Source: a virus
Direction: 5' to 3' (one strand)
Virus record (IMG/VR): IMGVR_UViG_3300044837_000219
Coordinates: 5,005 to 69,004 of that record
Length of the DNA stretch: 64,000 nucleotides
Position 1 is the first letter of the stretch. Each line of letters opens with the position of its first letter. The notes beneath the pieces were generated by a model. The model ran no database searches. It saw only the letters and a list, made by a program, of their open reading frames with translations, and had not been told where the DNA came from. The translations under genes and the position numbers were made by a program. Below are positions 19,607 through 29,292 of this stretch, piece after piece.

Positions 19607-20700
19607 TGTGGCAGACCACCGACGCGTTCGCCACAGCACTGCAGCGAAGCGATCGGCGCTGGCGCAACAAGGTTGAGGTTCTCTACGGTGGCGACCTGGT
19701 CACCACTCTCAACGTTCTCGTCGATGGATACGTCAACATCGACGACGTCGCGGTCAGGCGCTCGTGCTACGTCACCCTCGTCGACACCGAAGGCAACCTG
19801 ACGCCATCGAGCGCACGAGACCTGCTGGCGCCCAAGGGAACTGAGATTCGTCTCTACAAGGGACTCTGGACCGGCACCGCCTACGAAGACGTTCCGCTCG
19901 GCGTGTTCGGCATCGTCGAGCCGGAGGTGTCGGCCCACAGCAGCGGCACGACGCTGCGCATCAAGGGCTGGGACCGGGTCGACGCCATCCGCGTCCGGCA
20001 GTTCGAGAACCCCTACGCCGTGGCGTCAGGTACGGCGACGTGGTCTGCGATCTCCAGCATCATCACGTCGCGACTCACGGTGCCGGTGCGGGTGACGCAG
20101 ACCGGAAACTCGGCGCCGGAGAGCACCTTCGACGCGTTGAGCGATCCGTGGGACGCGGTGCGTGCACTGTCCGACGCCGACAGCCTGCGCGCCTACTTCG
20201 ACCCGCTGGGCACCGCCGTCATCGAGCCCGACGTCGAGGTCGTCACTGACATCACCTACTCCCCCAGTCAGAACGGCTTCCTCGTCTCGGTCCCGTCGCG
20301 CACTATCACTGCAGCCCGGACGTACAGCGGTGTCATCGTGCGCGGCGAGACTCCGGAGGCCGGAGCGATCCGCAGCGAACTTTGGGACACCGACGTCAAC
20401 TCGCCGACGTACGCCAACGGTCCGTTCGGTCGTCGGCCGTACGGCTTCTACTCGAAACTCATTACGACACAAGGTATGGCGGACCAGGCTGCAGCGACCA
20501 TCTTCGCGCGCGTGACGAAGATGCGGCAAGAAATCACCATCATGACTGCAGGCTCGCCAGGACATGACGTCGGAGACGTCGTGCGCGTCATCGACCCGAA
20601 GTCACGCACCAACGGGTACTTCAAGGTGACTGGAGGTCAGGTGCAGATCCGTCCGGGACTGAACCGCTGGAAGATGGAGGAGGCGCAGACTGTTGGCTGA
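19606..20700 (+). CDS. Minor tail protein (hub-like)
   Basis: WDTDVNSPTYANGPFGRRP.GFYS motif common in actinophage minor tails; gene order. Confidence 0.75.
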   Translation: MWQTTDAFATALQRSDRRWRNKVEVLYGGDLVTTLNVLVDGYVNIDDVAVRRSCYVTLVDTEGNLTPSSARDLLAPKGTEIRLYKGLWTGTAYEDVPLGVFGIVEPEVSAHSSGTTLRIKGWDRVDAIRVRQFENPYAVASGTATWSAISSIITSRLTVPVRVTQTGNSAPESTFDALSDPWDAVRALSDADSLRAYFDPLGTAVIEPDVEVVTDITYSPSQNGFLVSVPSRTITAARTYSGVIVRGETPEAGAIRSELWDTDVNSPTYANGPFGRRPYGFYSKLITTQGMADQAAATIFARVTKMRQEITIMTAGSPGHDVGDVVRVIDPKSRTNGYFKVTGGQVQIRPGLNRWKMEEAQTVG

Positions 20701-21619
20701 CTTCCTCCCCGTCGCGACTGAGAACGATCTGCCCGCGAACATTCCCGACGGCGGTGCGATCCCTGTCGACGCAGCAGTCTCTGCGCTCGCCGACACGCTG
20801 GCCGACCTCGCCGACACCGACCCGACGAACGTGCGCATCGGTGCAATCACGAGCATCTCGGATCCGTTGTCGCAGAACAGAGTCCAGACCAGCATCACCG
20901 GAACGTCCTGGGTCAGCCGGACGGCGGACGCATCGCTGCGCGTCGGCGATCGGGTGTGGCTGCTGCAGCAGGGGCCGCAGTTCATCGTCGGCGGTCGGCT
21001 GTCCGGCACGGACGCCTTCACGCCCATCGGCGCCTTGATGCCCTACGCAGGCTCCTCCAGTGTCGTTCCGACCGGATGGCTCGCCTGCGACGGAACGGCA
21101 GTCAACCGCACCACCTACGCCGCGCTGTTCGCCGTCATCGGCACCATCTACGGCGCGGGCAACGGCTCGACGACGTTCAACCTGCCGAACCTCGTCAACC
21201 GCATTCCGGTCGGATCCGGCTCGTCCTACACGCGCGGCCAGACCGGCGGCGCTGCAACGGTGACTCTGACCGAATCGCAGTTGGCGTCGCACAATCACAG
21301 CCTGTCCGGATCGGCAAGTTCTGCTGGCTCCCACAGCCACTCCGGCTCGGCCGATAGCAACGGCGACCACAGCCACTCCGGCGACGGCGCTGTCGGCAAC
21401 CGTTCTGACCTGCTGGCTGGCGGTGGCACGAACGCAGCGACCAACAGCGGCACCGGCAGCACTGGTTCGGCTGGCGGTCACGGTCACAGCATTTCCATCG
21501 GGTCTGGTGGCGATCACTCGCACAGTCTCTCCGGTTCGGTCGGAGACGCCGGTTCCGACTCTTCGCACGAGAACATGCCGCCGTTCGTTGCAATGCCGTA
21601 CATTATCCGAGCGCTATAG
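20693..21619 (+). CDS. Tail fibre protein with tail-collar domain
   Basis: PIGALMPYAG..VPTGWLACDG.AVNRTTYAALFAVIGT.YG.GNGSTTFNLPNL; H-x-H repeats; HENMPPF. Confidence 0.88.
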   Translation: MADFLPVATENDLPANIPDGGAIPVDAAVSALADTLADLADTDPTNVRIGAITSISDPLSQNRVQTSITGTSWVSRTADASLRVGDRVWLLQQGPQFIVGGRLSGTDAFTPIGALMPYAGSSSVVPTGWLACDGTAVNRTTYAALFAVIGTIYGAGNGSTTFNLPNLVNRIPVGSGSSYTRGQTGGAATVTLTESQLASHNHSLSGSASSAGSHSHSGSADSNGDHSHSGDGAVGNRSDLLAGGGTNAATNSGTGSTGSAGGHGHSISIGSGGDHSHSLSGSVGDAGSDSSHENMPPFVAMPYIIRAL

Positions 21620-21633
21620 GGGGAGACCTCGCT

Positions 21634-22083
21634 GTGAGTGTTACACCATTTGGTCGTCAGTTCCGTGGTCCTTATGAGACCTGCATCATGGCTTTCCTCA
21701 TGGCGGTGTCTCCGACGCTGCTTCTCCCGCACGGAGGCCCACCGAGGAGCCTTGAGAGACTGCTGAACGGACCGATGCTCGCGGTGTGGTCGACAATGCT
21801 GATTGTCGGGTCAGCGTTGACCCTGATCGGCATCGCATGGAGGGGGCGCTATACCACAGCGCTTGCGGTCGAGAAAATTGGCCTCATCTTCCATGCGGGA
21901 GCGTGCGTTGTCTACGCGATCGGCCTTCTGTCGAACTTCGACCAAGCGAACAACACGTTCATACCTGCTGGGTTCGTGTTCGCCATCGCCGTAGCACACG
22001 TCTGGCGCCTGATCCAGATACGAATCAGCGTCAAGCGAATCATGCTTCTGACAGAGGAGATAGAGAAAGTAGGCGAGCAGTGA
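21634..22083 (+). CDS. Multi-pass membrane protein (lysis region)
   Basis: About 4 hydrophobic segments; GGGGAG RBS. Confidence 0.65.
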   Translation: MSVTPFGRQFRGPYETCIMAFLMAVSPTLLLPHGGPPRSLERLLNGPMLAVWSTMLIVGSALTLIGIAWRGRYTTALAVEKIGLIFHAGACVVYAIGLLSNFDQANNTFIPAGFVFAIAVAHVWRLIQIRISVKRIMLLTEEIEKVGEQ

Positions 22084-22538
22084 ATGTTGGTCCAGCGGCA
22101 GCAGCGATTGCAAACGTCGTCATGGCAATCTCTGGCGGCGGTGTTCTGGCGGCTGTCGTCGGACACTTCTTCCTGCGTCGCAGAACGAACGCCGAAGCAG
22201 AGTCCATCGAAGCAGAGACTGCGTCGAAACTCCTCAAGGGTGTTACCGGTGAACTTGAACGGATGCAAGCCAAGCAGATCGTCTTCGAGTCGCGCGTAGA
22301 GAAGTGCGAGAAGGCACGCGAAGAATCAGAGCGTAGAGCGCGTAGTGCAGAGCGTCTTGCACACGAATCCCTGCTGGCAGAGAAGGAGTTGAGAGCGAAC
22401 CTCGCTACGCTTCAGAAGGCGTACATGATTACTCGACGTCGAGTCGAGTATCTGACTGAGGTGGTACAGCAGGCTGGCATCAAGGTATCGACCTGGTCGA
22501 CGCCGCCCGCAGGTATAGAGAAGCAGGAGACGAAGTGA
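22080..22538 (+). CDS. Membrane-anchored coiled-coil protein (lysis region)
   Basis: N-terminal hydrophobic GGGVLAAVVG segment then coiled coil; GTGA overlap. Confidence 0.6.
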   Translation: MNVGPAAAAIANVVMAISGGGVLAAVVGHFFLRRRTNAEAESIEAETASKLLKGVTGELERMQAKQIVFESRVEKCEKAREESERRARSAERLAHESLLAEKELRANLATLQKAYMITRRRVEYLTEVVQQAGIKVSTWSTPPAGIEKQETK

Positions 22539-22684
22539 CTACACAGCCCGATTGGAGCCTGATCGACAGTCAGGGTCCGCCCGACGACATTCCCACGCCG
22601 CAGACGCCGATCTTCGAGGAGAGCGAGTCACTCTTCCCGGATGCATCGCTTGAAGTCGATGGCATCCAGGAGGTGCGACCGTGA
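22535..22684 (+). CDS. Small acidic hypothetical protein (49 aa)
   Basis: AGGAG RBS; GTGA overlaps at both ends. Confidence 0.45.
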   Translation: MTTQPDWSLIDSQGPPDDIPTPQTPIFEESESLFPDASLEVDGIQEVRP

Positions 22685-23463
22685 GTTCCACAGCGACCGC
22701 ATTCCTCAACGGTGCCAAGACTGAGGTCAATTACCGCGAGGGCAGGAACAACGACAACAAGTATGGCCGGTGGTACACCACGGCCAAGCACGATGGCCTC
22801 GACTGGAACCACCAGGCGTACTGCGCCATCGGATTGTCTTGGGTGGCGAACAACGTCGGCGCGCTCGATATCCTCGGCGGGCTGTGGGCGTACTGCCCGT
22901 ACTGGGCGGCGTGGTGGCGCAAGCGCGGCCAGTGGGGGAAGTCGACGCCCAATCGCGGCGACATCGCGTTCTTCGACTGGACCGGCAAGCAGCGCAACGG
23001 TTTCGAGATGCATGTCGCTCCGGTGCTGGAGCGGGTCGATGCAACGCACATCAGGACCATCGAGTTCAACACGGTGGCCGGGACTGGCAACCAGTCCGAC
23101 GGTGGCGGCGTTTTCATCCGCACCCGGCACATCTCGACGGTCGTCGGCTACGGTAAGCCGTTGTGGACGCCAGAGACCAAGGTACAGCCGATTGGGCACG
23201 TCGCTCACGAGATTCTCGTCGTGGATGGCGTGTGGGGCGCTCGAACGACGAAGCGTCTGCAGGAACTGCTGCACGTGAACAAGACCGGCGTCCTCGACGC
23301 CGTGACGTTGAAGGCGCTGGCCGTCTGGCTTCACCAGAAGTCGACCGGCACGTTCACGCTGTTGATGAAGACAGCACTGCAGCACCGGGTCGGCGTGTCG
23401 GCCGACGGCGAGATCGGTCCGGTTACCGTTCGAGCACTGCAGCGTTACCTCAACCGGCTCTGA
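22681..23463 (+). CDS. Endolysin (CHAP domain + peptidoglycan-binding repeats)
   Basis: AYCAIGLSWV (Cys), GDIAFFDW, HVA (His), TIEFNT; VDGVWGARTTKRLQ and ADGEIGPVTVRALQ repeats. Confidence 0.9.
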   Translation: MSSTATAFLNGAKTEVNYREGRNNDNKYGRWYTTAKHDGLDWNHQAYCAIGLSWVANNVGALDILGGLWAYCPYWAAWWRKRGQWGKSTPNRGDIAFFDWTGKQRNGFEMHVAPVLERVDATHIRTIEFNTVAGTGNQSDGGGVFIRTRHISTVVGYGKPLWTPETKVQPIGHVAHEILVVDGVWGARTTKRLQELLHVNKTGVLDAVTLKALAVWLHQKSTGTFTLLMKTALQHRVGVSADGEIGPVTVRALQRYLNRL

Positions 23464-23474
23464 AGGGAGCACTC

Positions 23475-23849
23475 ATGAACTACGCGGCGAAGTTCATCTT
23501 CTTCGTCCTCGCGGGTGTGGTCGGCTCGGTGGTCGCCATGTTCGCCGACGGCCACGTGACCTTCCACGAGGGCATCAACGTCGTCGTCCTGTGCGTCGGC
23601 GCCGCCCTGATCTTCTTCAAGGCGAACACTCCCGAGCAGCCGCTCGCCAAGGAAGTCATCGCCATCTTCTCGGCCGCCGGTGTGCTGCTGGTGTCGTCGT
23701 GGACCGACGGCCACATCACCAACGACGAGTGGGCGCAGATCGCGATGGCTGCGTTCGCCGTGCTGTCGTCGTTCGCCGGTAACAACGTCGGCGACGACGC
23801 GGACAAGGTGACGGCTCGCGTGTCCAGCCCACGCTACATCGGCGAGTAG
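23475..23849 (+). CDS. Holin
   Basis: Four hydrophobic segments forming an internal duplication (DGHVTFHE / DGHITNDEW); follows endolysin. Confidence 0.7.
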   Translation: MNYAAKFIFFVLAGVVGSVVAMFADGHVTFHEGINVVVLCVGAALIFFKANTPEQPLAKEVIAIFSAAGVLLVSSWTDGHITNDEWAQIAMAAFAVLSSFAGNNVGDDADKVTARVSSPRYIGE

Positions 23850-23864
23850 AGCCGACCCACGAAT

Positions 23865-23899
23865 GCCGCCGGGAGCCTCGCGCATAGGCTCCCGGCGGT
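23865..23899 (+). terminator. Stem-loop after holin
   Basis: GCCGCCGGGAGCCT...AGGCTCCCGGCGGT. Confidence 0.6.
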
Positions 23900-23942
23900 G
23901 CCACAATGGAGTGAGACACTCCATCTCTTCGAGGCGGTAATC

Positions 23943-24257
23943 ATGGCAGGAACAACCAGCGATCCAGCCGACCCGAGGCTGACGCGCGGCGCTGATGACG
24001 ATCCCGTACCGCAGGCGCCGGTCTACCTCGTGCTGTCGGACGACGAGCGCGCCAAGGGGCTCGTCCGCCCGATGAGGACGTCGTACATCCACGAACCCTG
24101 CGGCACCGTCACAACGATGGGCCACAGGATCGCAGAGACGTACGCGCGCGACCCGAAGTTCTACGGCGCCACGTACTGCGTGGCCTGCCAGATGCACCGG
24201 CCCGTCGGCGCGGAAGGCGAGTTCATCTGGCAGGACGGCTCGAAGGTCGGCACGTGA
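23943..24257 (+). CDS. Hypothetical Zn-binding protein
   Basis: HEPCG...TYCVAC motifs; GAGGCGG RBS. Confidence 0.6.
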   Translation: MAGTTSDPADPRLTRGADDDPVPQAPVYLVLSDDERAKGLVRPMRTSYIHEPCGTVTTMGHRIAETYARDPKFYGATYCVACQMHRPVGAEGEFIWQDGSKVGT

Positions 24258-24535
24258 GGGCCGCCTGGCTGGCCGGTCTCGCTGGGGCGGTAGCGCTCAC
24301 CGGCTGCACGAGCGCTCCGGCCCCGATCGTCACCTCGACGCCGCACCCGGCGCACTCGCCGGTCACGCCCGAGGTGCTCAAGACCCGCATGCGGCCGACG
24401 ACGGCGGCGCCGAGCGCCAGCCCGAAGCCTCGTCCGGTCACCCTGCACGGCACGTGCAGCAAGCCGGGGAAGACCGGACACGCGAAGAACGGCGAGTGGT
24501 ACGTCTGCAGGGCGGGGCGCTGGGTCACCCCCTGA
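24254..24535 (+). CDS. Lipoprotein
   Basis: Lipobox ALTG-C, Pro/Thr linker, small Cys-pair C-terminal domain. Confidence 0.65.
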   Translation: MRAAWLAGLAGAVALTGCTSAPAPIVTSTPHPAHSPVTPEVLKTRMRPTTAAPSASPKPRPVTLHGTCSKPGKTGHAKNGEWYVCRAGRWVTP

Positions 24536-24537
24536 AG

Positions 24538-24580
24538 CAGAGAGGACCGGCACCACCCTGAGGGGTGCCGGTCCTCTCTG
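24538..24580. terminator. Strong hairpin ending the late region
   Basis: CAGAGAGGACCGGCACC...GGTGCCGGTCCTCTCTG perfect 17-bp stem. Confidence 0.7.
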
Positions 24581-24772
24581 TCGCGACAGCCATCGCAGGC
24601 GCTTCCGGGGTCTACGGAGGAAGCGCAACCAGTATCGCAGGCCGTCGTCTCCCCGGCGAGGGGGCACGCCTCGCGGCTGGTGGCAGGGCGAGCGCCGACG
24701 GCTTCCAGATGGTCGTCGTGTGCTCCGTGGATGATTCGGACCGCTCGCGCTGCCGGAGCCAGCGTAGCGCGG

Positions 24773-24905
24773 AGGGGGCAGGGGGCGGACGGGGGCAGGC
24801 GTTTCCTCTTTACCCCTGTGTACGGATGCGTGGATTGGGGTTTGGACCTGCCCCCTGTGCCCCACTTCTGCCCCCAGGCTTGTTGATCTTCTTTAGGAGA
24901 TCAAC
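24773..24905. repeat. Iteron-like locus 1 (AGGGGGCA-type repeats facing inward) plus palindrome
   Basis: Three GGGGGC units then three GCCCC units, TTACCCCT, followed by GTTGATCTTCT-TT-AGGAGATCAAC. Confidence 0.6.
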
Positions 24906-25085
24906 TCCGAAAAGGATCAGTCACAGGATCGCTGCTGAGGGCTTTTGATCACACCCCTGGGGTGAGCGGCTTCAGACGGGGGGTCAGGCTGGGAAATCGG
25001 CGCCTGCGCCCGTTCTGGGCTGCTGAGACTGAGACGCCCGAGCCCCCGGCCCATCGGCAGGGTGACTCGGGCGTCTTGGACGTCT

Positions 25086-25367
25086 TCAGGCGGCTGCGTA
25101 CCGGCCACGACTGCGGGACCACGCGACGCGACCACTCTCCCGGCAGGGATCGCACCTGCAACCGAGATTCGTGTAGGCGTTGTCGGTTCCATGACGCGGA
25201 TCGTCAGGCGCGAGCCCACGACGGCGTGCATTCTCGCGATGACGTCTGCGCTGTGCGTTGGCCGCCTCGCGGCAGCAGCGGTCGCGACAACCGGCGCTAT
25301 AGCCGGTTGCGGAGCCGTGTCGCTCGTCGGTGGGCGTCATCGGCGGCTTCGAACGACGAACTGTCAT
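25086..25367 (-). CDS. Protein with duplicated HG..Y..GCRxxxC motif
   Basis: RHGSATGYSAGCRDRCCRE and RHGTDNAYTNLGCRCDPCRE. Confidence 0.65.
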   Translation of the reverse strand: MTVRRSKPPMTPTDERHGSATGYSAGCRDRCCREAANAQRRRHRENARRRGLAPDDPRHGTDNAYTNLGCRCDPCRESGRVAWSRSRGRYAAA

Positions 25368-25876
25368 CGCAACCCCTCTCCTGCGCGCATCGCCTCCAGG
25401 TGCCGGATGAAGTCCGGGTCGTGAACGTGGTCGAGGTAGCGCGGGTCCTTCCGCCCCGGGTGGTGCAGCAGCGCGTGCTCCTGAACCAGACCGGGCCAGT
25501 CTTCGTCGCCAGTGTCCAGCGCCTTGCCGTGCAGCAGCCAAGCGTGCGAGCGGAGTTCTCCGGGGTGGACGAAGTCGACCGGCACCCGGTAGGGCTCGTC
25601 GGGCGCTCGCTGGATGGCCTGCACCTTGCCGCCGAGCGACACTTGCGCCAGAGCGATGGCCTGGTCCATCGCTGCGCTCATCGAGAGCAGGACGTTCACG
25701 TCTCCGTCCGGCGGGCACTTCGCCGCCGGAATGACCTTGTGCTTGCCTTCGCGCTCGACCACGACCGCTCCGGCGTTCGGTCCGGTTTTCGGTCGCCCAG
25801 TGACCTTCCACGCAACGGGATCGACGCCTTTCGACTGGATGATGTCGCCGACGCCGACGTGGCGCCACTTGCCCAT
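25364..25876 (-). CDS. Hypothetical protein
   Basis: In-operon ORF (MGKWRHVGVGD...), ATGA overlap with next gene. Confidence 0.55.
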   Translation of the reverse strand: MGKWRHVGVGDIIQSKGVDPVAWKVTGRPKTGPNAGAVVVEREGKHKVIPAAKCPPDGDVNVLLSMSAAMDQAIALAQVSLGGKVQAIQRAPDEPYRVPVDFVHPGELRSHAWLLHGKALDTGDEDWPGLVQEHALLHHPGRKDPRYLDHVHDPDFIRHLEAMRAGEGLR

Positions 25877-25881
25877 CGCCA

Positions 25882-26100
25882 CTACTCGTCCTCCTCTTCC
25901 GACTTCTTGCGCCAGTCGCTCAACTTCGTGGCGATCGACGGCGATGTCTGGCCCTTGCCTACCCTGCCCATCACGAGCCGCACCACCTGCACGACGAAGA
26001 CGATGACGAGCAGCAGCATCACCATCAGCAGCATCCGGTTCGTCGGATCGCCTGCGGTGCACCATAGGCCGCCGTTCGCGATGCACTGGTCGTCTAGCAT
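25882..26100 (-). CDS. Small membrane protein
   Basis: Single hydrophobic helix MLLMVMLLLVIVFVVQVV. Confidence 0.55.
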   Translation of the reverse strand: MLDDQCIANGGLWCTAGDPTNRMLLMVMLLLVIVFVVQVVRLVMGRVGKGQTSPSIATKLSDWRKKSEEEDE

Positions 26101-26420
26101 CAGATGCTCCTCGGCTGCGGTCCGTGCAGCGCGTTCAGGATGCGGATGAAGTGTCGCGAACGGTTCATGGCCGATGCGATGTTCGCGGGGAGGTCTTGCA
26201 TCGCGTAGCCCTTGTTGCTGGTTGAAATGGCCTGCGCGTAGTCCAACCACACGTCGAACATGGTCTGGATCTGGTCGATGACTTCAGTGCTGACGGTGAT
26301 GCTCGGCTCCGTCGCCAGCACCGCGAGTGCACTCTCGATGCTGAAAATCGTCTCGTCGCGCAACTTCTCGGCAACCTTGAGGGCGGCCCCGCCTGCGGTG
26401 CCACCGATCGGTGTGGGCAT
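26100..26420 (-). CDS. Hypothetical protein
   Basis: AGGAG RBS; first gene of leftward operon. Confidence 0.6.
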   Translation of the reverse strand: MPTPIGGTAGGAALKVAEKLRDETIFSIESALAVLATEPSITVSTEVIDQIQTMFDVWLDYAQAISTSNKGYAMQDLPANIASAMNRSRHFIRILNALHGPQPRSI

Positions 26421-26424
26421 GGGG

Positions 26425-26494
26425 TTGACTCCTGTCTGACTCGCGGGTGAGAGTCTCAGTCTCAGAGACTAGATGGGATCCCATCTGGCGTCAA
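26425..26494. promoter_or_regulatory. Divergent promoter region with operator
   Basis: Minus-strand TTGACG-N17-TAGTCT; operator TGAGAG-TCTCA-GTCTCA 26448-26464; palindrome AGATGGGATCCCATCT 26471-26486. Confidence 0.6.
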
Positions 26495-26512
26495 CCGACG
26501 GAGGGAGCGCTC

Positions 26513-26731
26513 GTGGCGCGCAGGGCAAGGATCGTGCGGCAGTTGCCGGTGGGACTGTGGGCGCATCATGACCGGTATCTGCGCACGTGGGCGGTCGACG
26601 GCGGCACCTCGGAGGCGGACCTCGTGCGCACGGCGCTGGACTTCGCGATGGATGCTCAGGGGCACACCTGCGTGCGTGGCGCCAATGAGACTGAGTGTCC
26701 CGCTTGCGGGGGCGCCCGGGGGCAGGTGTAG
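26513..26731 (+). CDS. Ribbon-helix-helix-like DNA-binding protein
   Basis: Beta strand RQLPVGL then YLRTWAVDGGTSEADLVRTALD; C-terminal Cys motif; GGAGGGAG RBS. Confidence 0.55.
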   Translation: MARRARIVRQLPVGLWAHHDRYLRTWAVDGGTSEADLVRTALDFAMDAQGHTCVRGANETECPACGGARGQV

Positions 26732-26839
26732 GGTGAAACCCTGTGTCTCAGTGATCCGGGCCAACCTCGGCCCGAACGCACATCACCCCTGGTCAGCGTG
26801 TCCGCGCTGCCAGGGGATCAGTGGGAGGTTCACTCGCGC

Positions 26840-29158
26840 ATGCAGTCTACCGTCGAAACACTGACGATCCCAGAGATCGCCGACGACGCCGACCTGATCT
26901 CCGCAGCCATCGCCTACGCGAACGCGGGCTTCTACATCGTGGCCGTCGAGCCGGACACGAAGAGGCCCGCCGCGTTCTACGGCAAGGGCTGGCCGCACAT
27001 GTCCAGCCGCGATCCGCAGGAGATCGCATACTGGTTCGCCGGATCCCCTTACCAACTCGCACTGCACATCGGCCGGTCGGGCGCCGTCGCGTTCGACGTG
27101 GACGAGCCCGACAAGATTCCGGCCATCCTCCAGCGGGCCTTCGACGAGTGCCGCCCGCCGTTTCAGAGCACACGCGAGACCGGCGGTCGAGGTCACCGCA
27201 TCTTCGCCGTACCGGAGGGTCGGCGACTCGGCAACTCGGTTGGCGGGCTCGGGCGCGGCTGGGGTGACGTCCGAGGCCGCAACGGCATCATCGTGGTCGA
27301 GCCGTCGTTCCACACGAAGCACAGCGACGGCGGACGCTACAAATGGCTGACGACCGGCGCGGTGCCGATGCTGCCCGACTACGTTGCCGAACTGCTGCCC
27401 GAGGCGGGCGTCGACACCGAAGCGGCCACCGACGCCGTCGTCCGGAAGTTCATGGACGAATACACCGACGAGCGGCGCGGTGCACTGCTGACGGCGGTGC
27501 TGAACAAGTTCTCCTCCGAACTGAAGGAGGGGTCGCGGCACGAAGCGCTGGTGCGTAATCTCGTGTGGGCGATGCGCGAATCACGGCTCGGCTGGTATCC
27601 GGCGCAGATGGCAGCGGACACCATGCAGTCGATGTTCTCGAATGCGATGGCGGGCGAGCGCCACCCGGTCCCAGAGTTCCAGGGCGCCCTCGCCTTCGCC
27701 GTGGCGCAGGCTCTGCTCATCGACCCTGACGAGCGCAGGGACGAAGCCTCGGCGCGCCTGAAGGCTCGGGACGCAGCGAAGAAGGCTGCGATCGGTGTGA
27801 CGTCGCAGGATGGCAGGGCTCGACCGAAGCAGCGACCCCGCGATCCGGGTGACTACTTCTACGACAAGAGCGCTGGCATTGACATGGAGATGCTTGTGCA
27901 GGACGTCTTCTCGGTCGGACCCATCGCGGTAGGTCCGAACCACGACTTCTGGACGTACGATGCCGGAGTGTGGCGTTCGAATCCGAAAGAGGTCGGCAAG
28001 CGGGTATGGAATCTCCTCGGTCCACGCTACCGGGGATCGCACGCCACCAACGCAGAACACGGCGTTCTTGCCGAAGCAATGGAGATTGCGGTCAATCCCG
28101 TTTCCGATTACATGAATTTCGCGAATGGCATGCTGGAGTGGCGTACCGGAGAGTTGCACGAACACAGCCCGCACTACGGCAGCACTGTGCAATTCCCGCT
28201 GGAGTGGAAGCCTGACGCACTCTGCCCGCAGTTCGATGACTTCCTTGCCACCATCTTCAGCGAAGACTACGTCGAACTGGCCTGGCAGATGCTCGGCTAC
28301 CTCATGTTCAGTGGCAATCCGCACCAGAAGGCATTCTTGTTCCTCGGCTCCGGTGCTAACGGCAAGGGCACGCTGATGCGCGTCATCGACGCCATGCTCG
28401 GCACCGAGAACTGTTCGAGCGAGTCCCTCGACGATCTGAACCAGAACAGGTTCGCCGCGTACAGTCTGTTCGGCAAGATTGCTAACCTGGCCGGTGACAT
28501 CGACGCGACGTACCAGACCAGCACCGCAGCGTTCAAGAAGTTGACCGGCGAAGACATGTACGCCGGTGAGCGCAAGTACGGCGACCGGTTTCTCTTCAAG
28601 GCATGGGCCGTCCCAGTCTTCTCCGCGAATAAGATTCCGGGCTCAGCCGACGCTTCCGAAGGCTACCTGCGGCGCTGGATCATCCTGAAGTTCGATCGCA
28701 CGTTTTCCGAGAAGGAGCGCATCCAGGGGCTGTCCGATCGACTCATCACTGAACTGCCCGGTATCGCCGTCAAGGCGATCCAGGCGCTCGCCGGAGTCAT
28801 CGACGGCCCCGGGTTCAAGTTGGACGGCGAGGTGGCGCAGGCGAAGGAGGAGTTCGCCGAAGCAATCGACCAGGTGCGCCAGTGGATGGGCGAATGCACC
28901 ATCACGGCACCGGGCTCGCAGGTTCCGCGTGCGAAAGCGTACGCGTCGTATAAGTTCTGGGCCGGAAGCAATGGGCATCGCGTGCTGTCGGCCAGCGAGT
29001 TGTACCAGCGCATGAACAGCGCATCGAAGAGTGGCAAGAAGATCGAGAAGAAGATTCGCGGCAACCGCGTGTTCGTCGACTTCGAAATCGTCGAGTTCAG
29101 CGTCAACACGTTCGCGCCGTCCAGCGACGTCCTGCCCGACGCCTTCGGAGATGAGTAA
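26840..29158 (+). CDS. Bifunctional primase-polymerase fused to D5/P4-family SF3 helicase
   Basis: Prim-pol VAFDVD, GRGHRIF, DVRGRNGIIV; helicase GSGANGKGT (Walker A), FKKLTGED, FSANKIP, GYLRRW. Confidence 0.92.
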   Translation: MQSTVETLTIPEIADDADLISAAIAYANAGFYIVAVEPDTKRPAAFYGKGWPHMSSRDPQEIAYWFAGSPYQLALHIGRSGAVAFDVDEPDKIPAILQRAFDECRPPFQSTRETGGRGHRIFAVPEGRRLGNSVGGLGRGWGDVRGRNGIIVVEPSFHTKHSDGGRYKWLTTGAVPMLPDYVAELLPEAGVDTEAATDAVVRKFMDEYTDERRGALLTAVLNKFSSELKEGSRHEALVRNLVWAMRESRLGWYPAQMAADTMQSMFSNAMAGERHPVPEFQGALAFAVAQALLIDPDERRDEASARLKARDAAKKAAIGVTSQDGRARPKQRPRDPGDYFYDKSAGIDMEMLVQDVFSVGPIAVGPNHDFWTYDAGVWRSNPKEVGKRVWNLLGPRYRGSHATNAEHGVLAEAMEIAVNPVSDYMNFANGMLEWRTGELHEHSPHYGSTVQFPLEWKPDALCPQFDDFLATIFSEDYVELAWQMLGYLMFSGNPHQKAFLFLGSGANGKGTLMRVIDAMLGTENCSSESLDDLNQNRFAAYSLFGKIANLAGDIDATYQTSTAAFKKLTGEDMYAGERKYGDRFLFKAWAVPVFSANKIPGSADASEGYLRRWIILKFDRTFSEKERIQGLSDRLITELPGIAVKAIQALAGVIDGPGFKLDGEVAQAKEEFAEAIDQVRQWMGECTITAPGSQVPRAKAYASYKFWAGSNGHRVLSASELYQRMNSASKSGKKIEKKIRGNRVFVDFEIVEFSVNTFAPSSDVLPDAFGDE

Positions 29159-29292
29159 TGACCGAAAACAAGAAATTGAAGCAGGCCGTCCGCGCGCGCA
29201 TGGAGGCGACGGGTGAGAAGTACACGGTCGCGCTGCGAGAGGTCCAGCGTCAGCAACTGGAGCAGCAGGCCGATGAAGACGCCAGTGAGTGA
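29158..29292 (+). CDS. Small protein (MTENKKLKQAVRARMEATGEKYTVALR...)
   Basis: Translated by hand; TAATG overlap; K..vRARM..TGE.Y..A pattern of small actinobacterial proteins. Confidence 0.5.
   Translation: MTENKKLKQAVRARMEATGEKYTVALREVQRQQLEQQADEDASE

Noticed and set aside
24580-26500. Integration/immunity cassette at the strand switch
   Set aside because: No tyrosine or serine recombinase motifs and no ParA seen; lifestyle cannot be settled from this window
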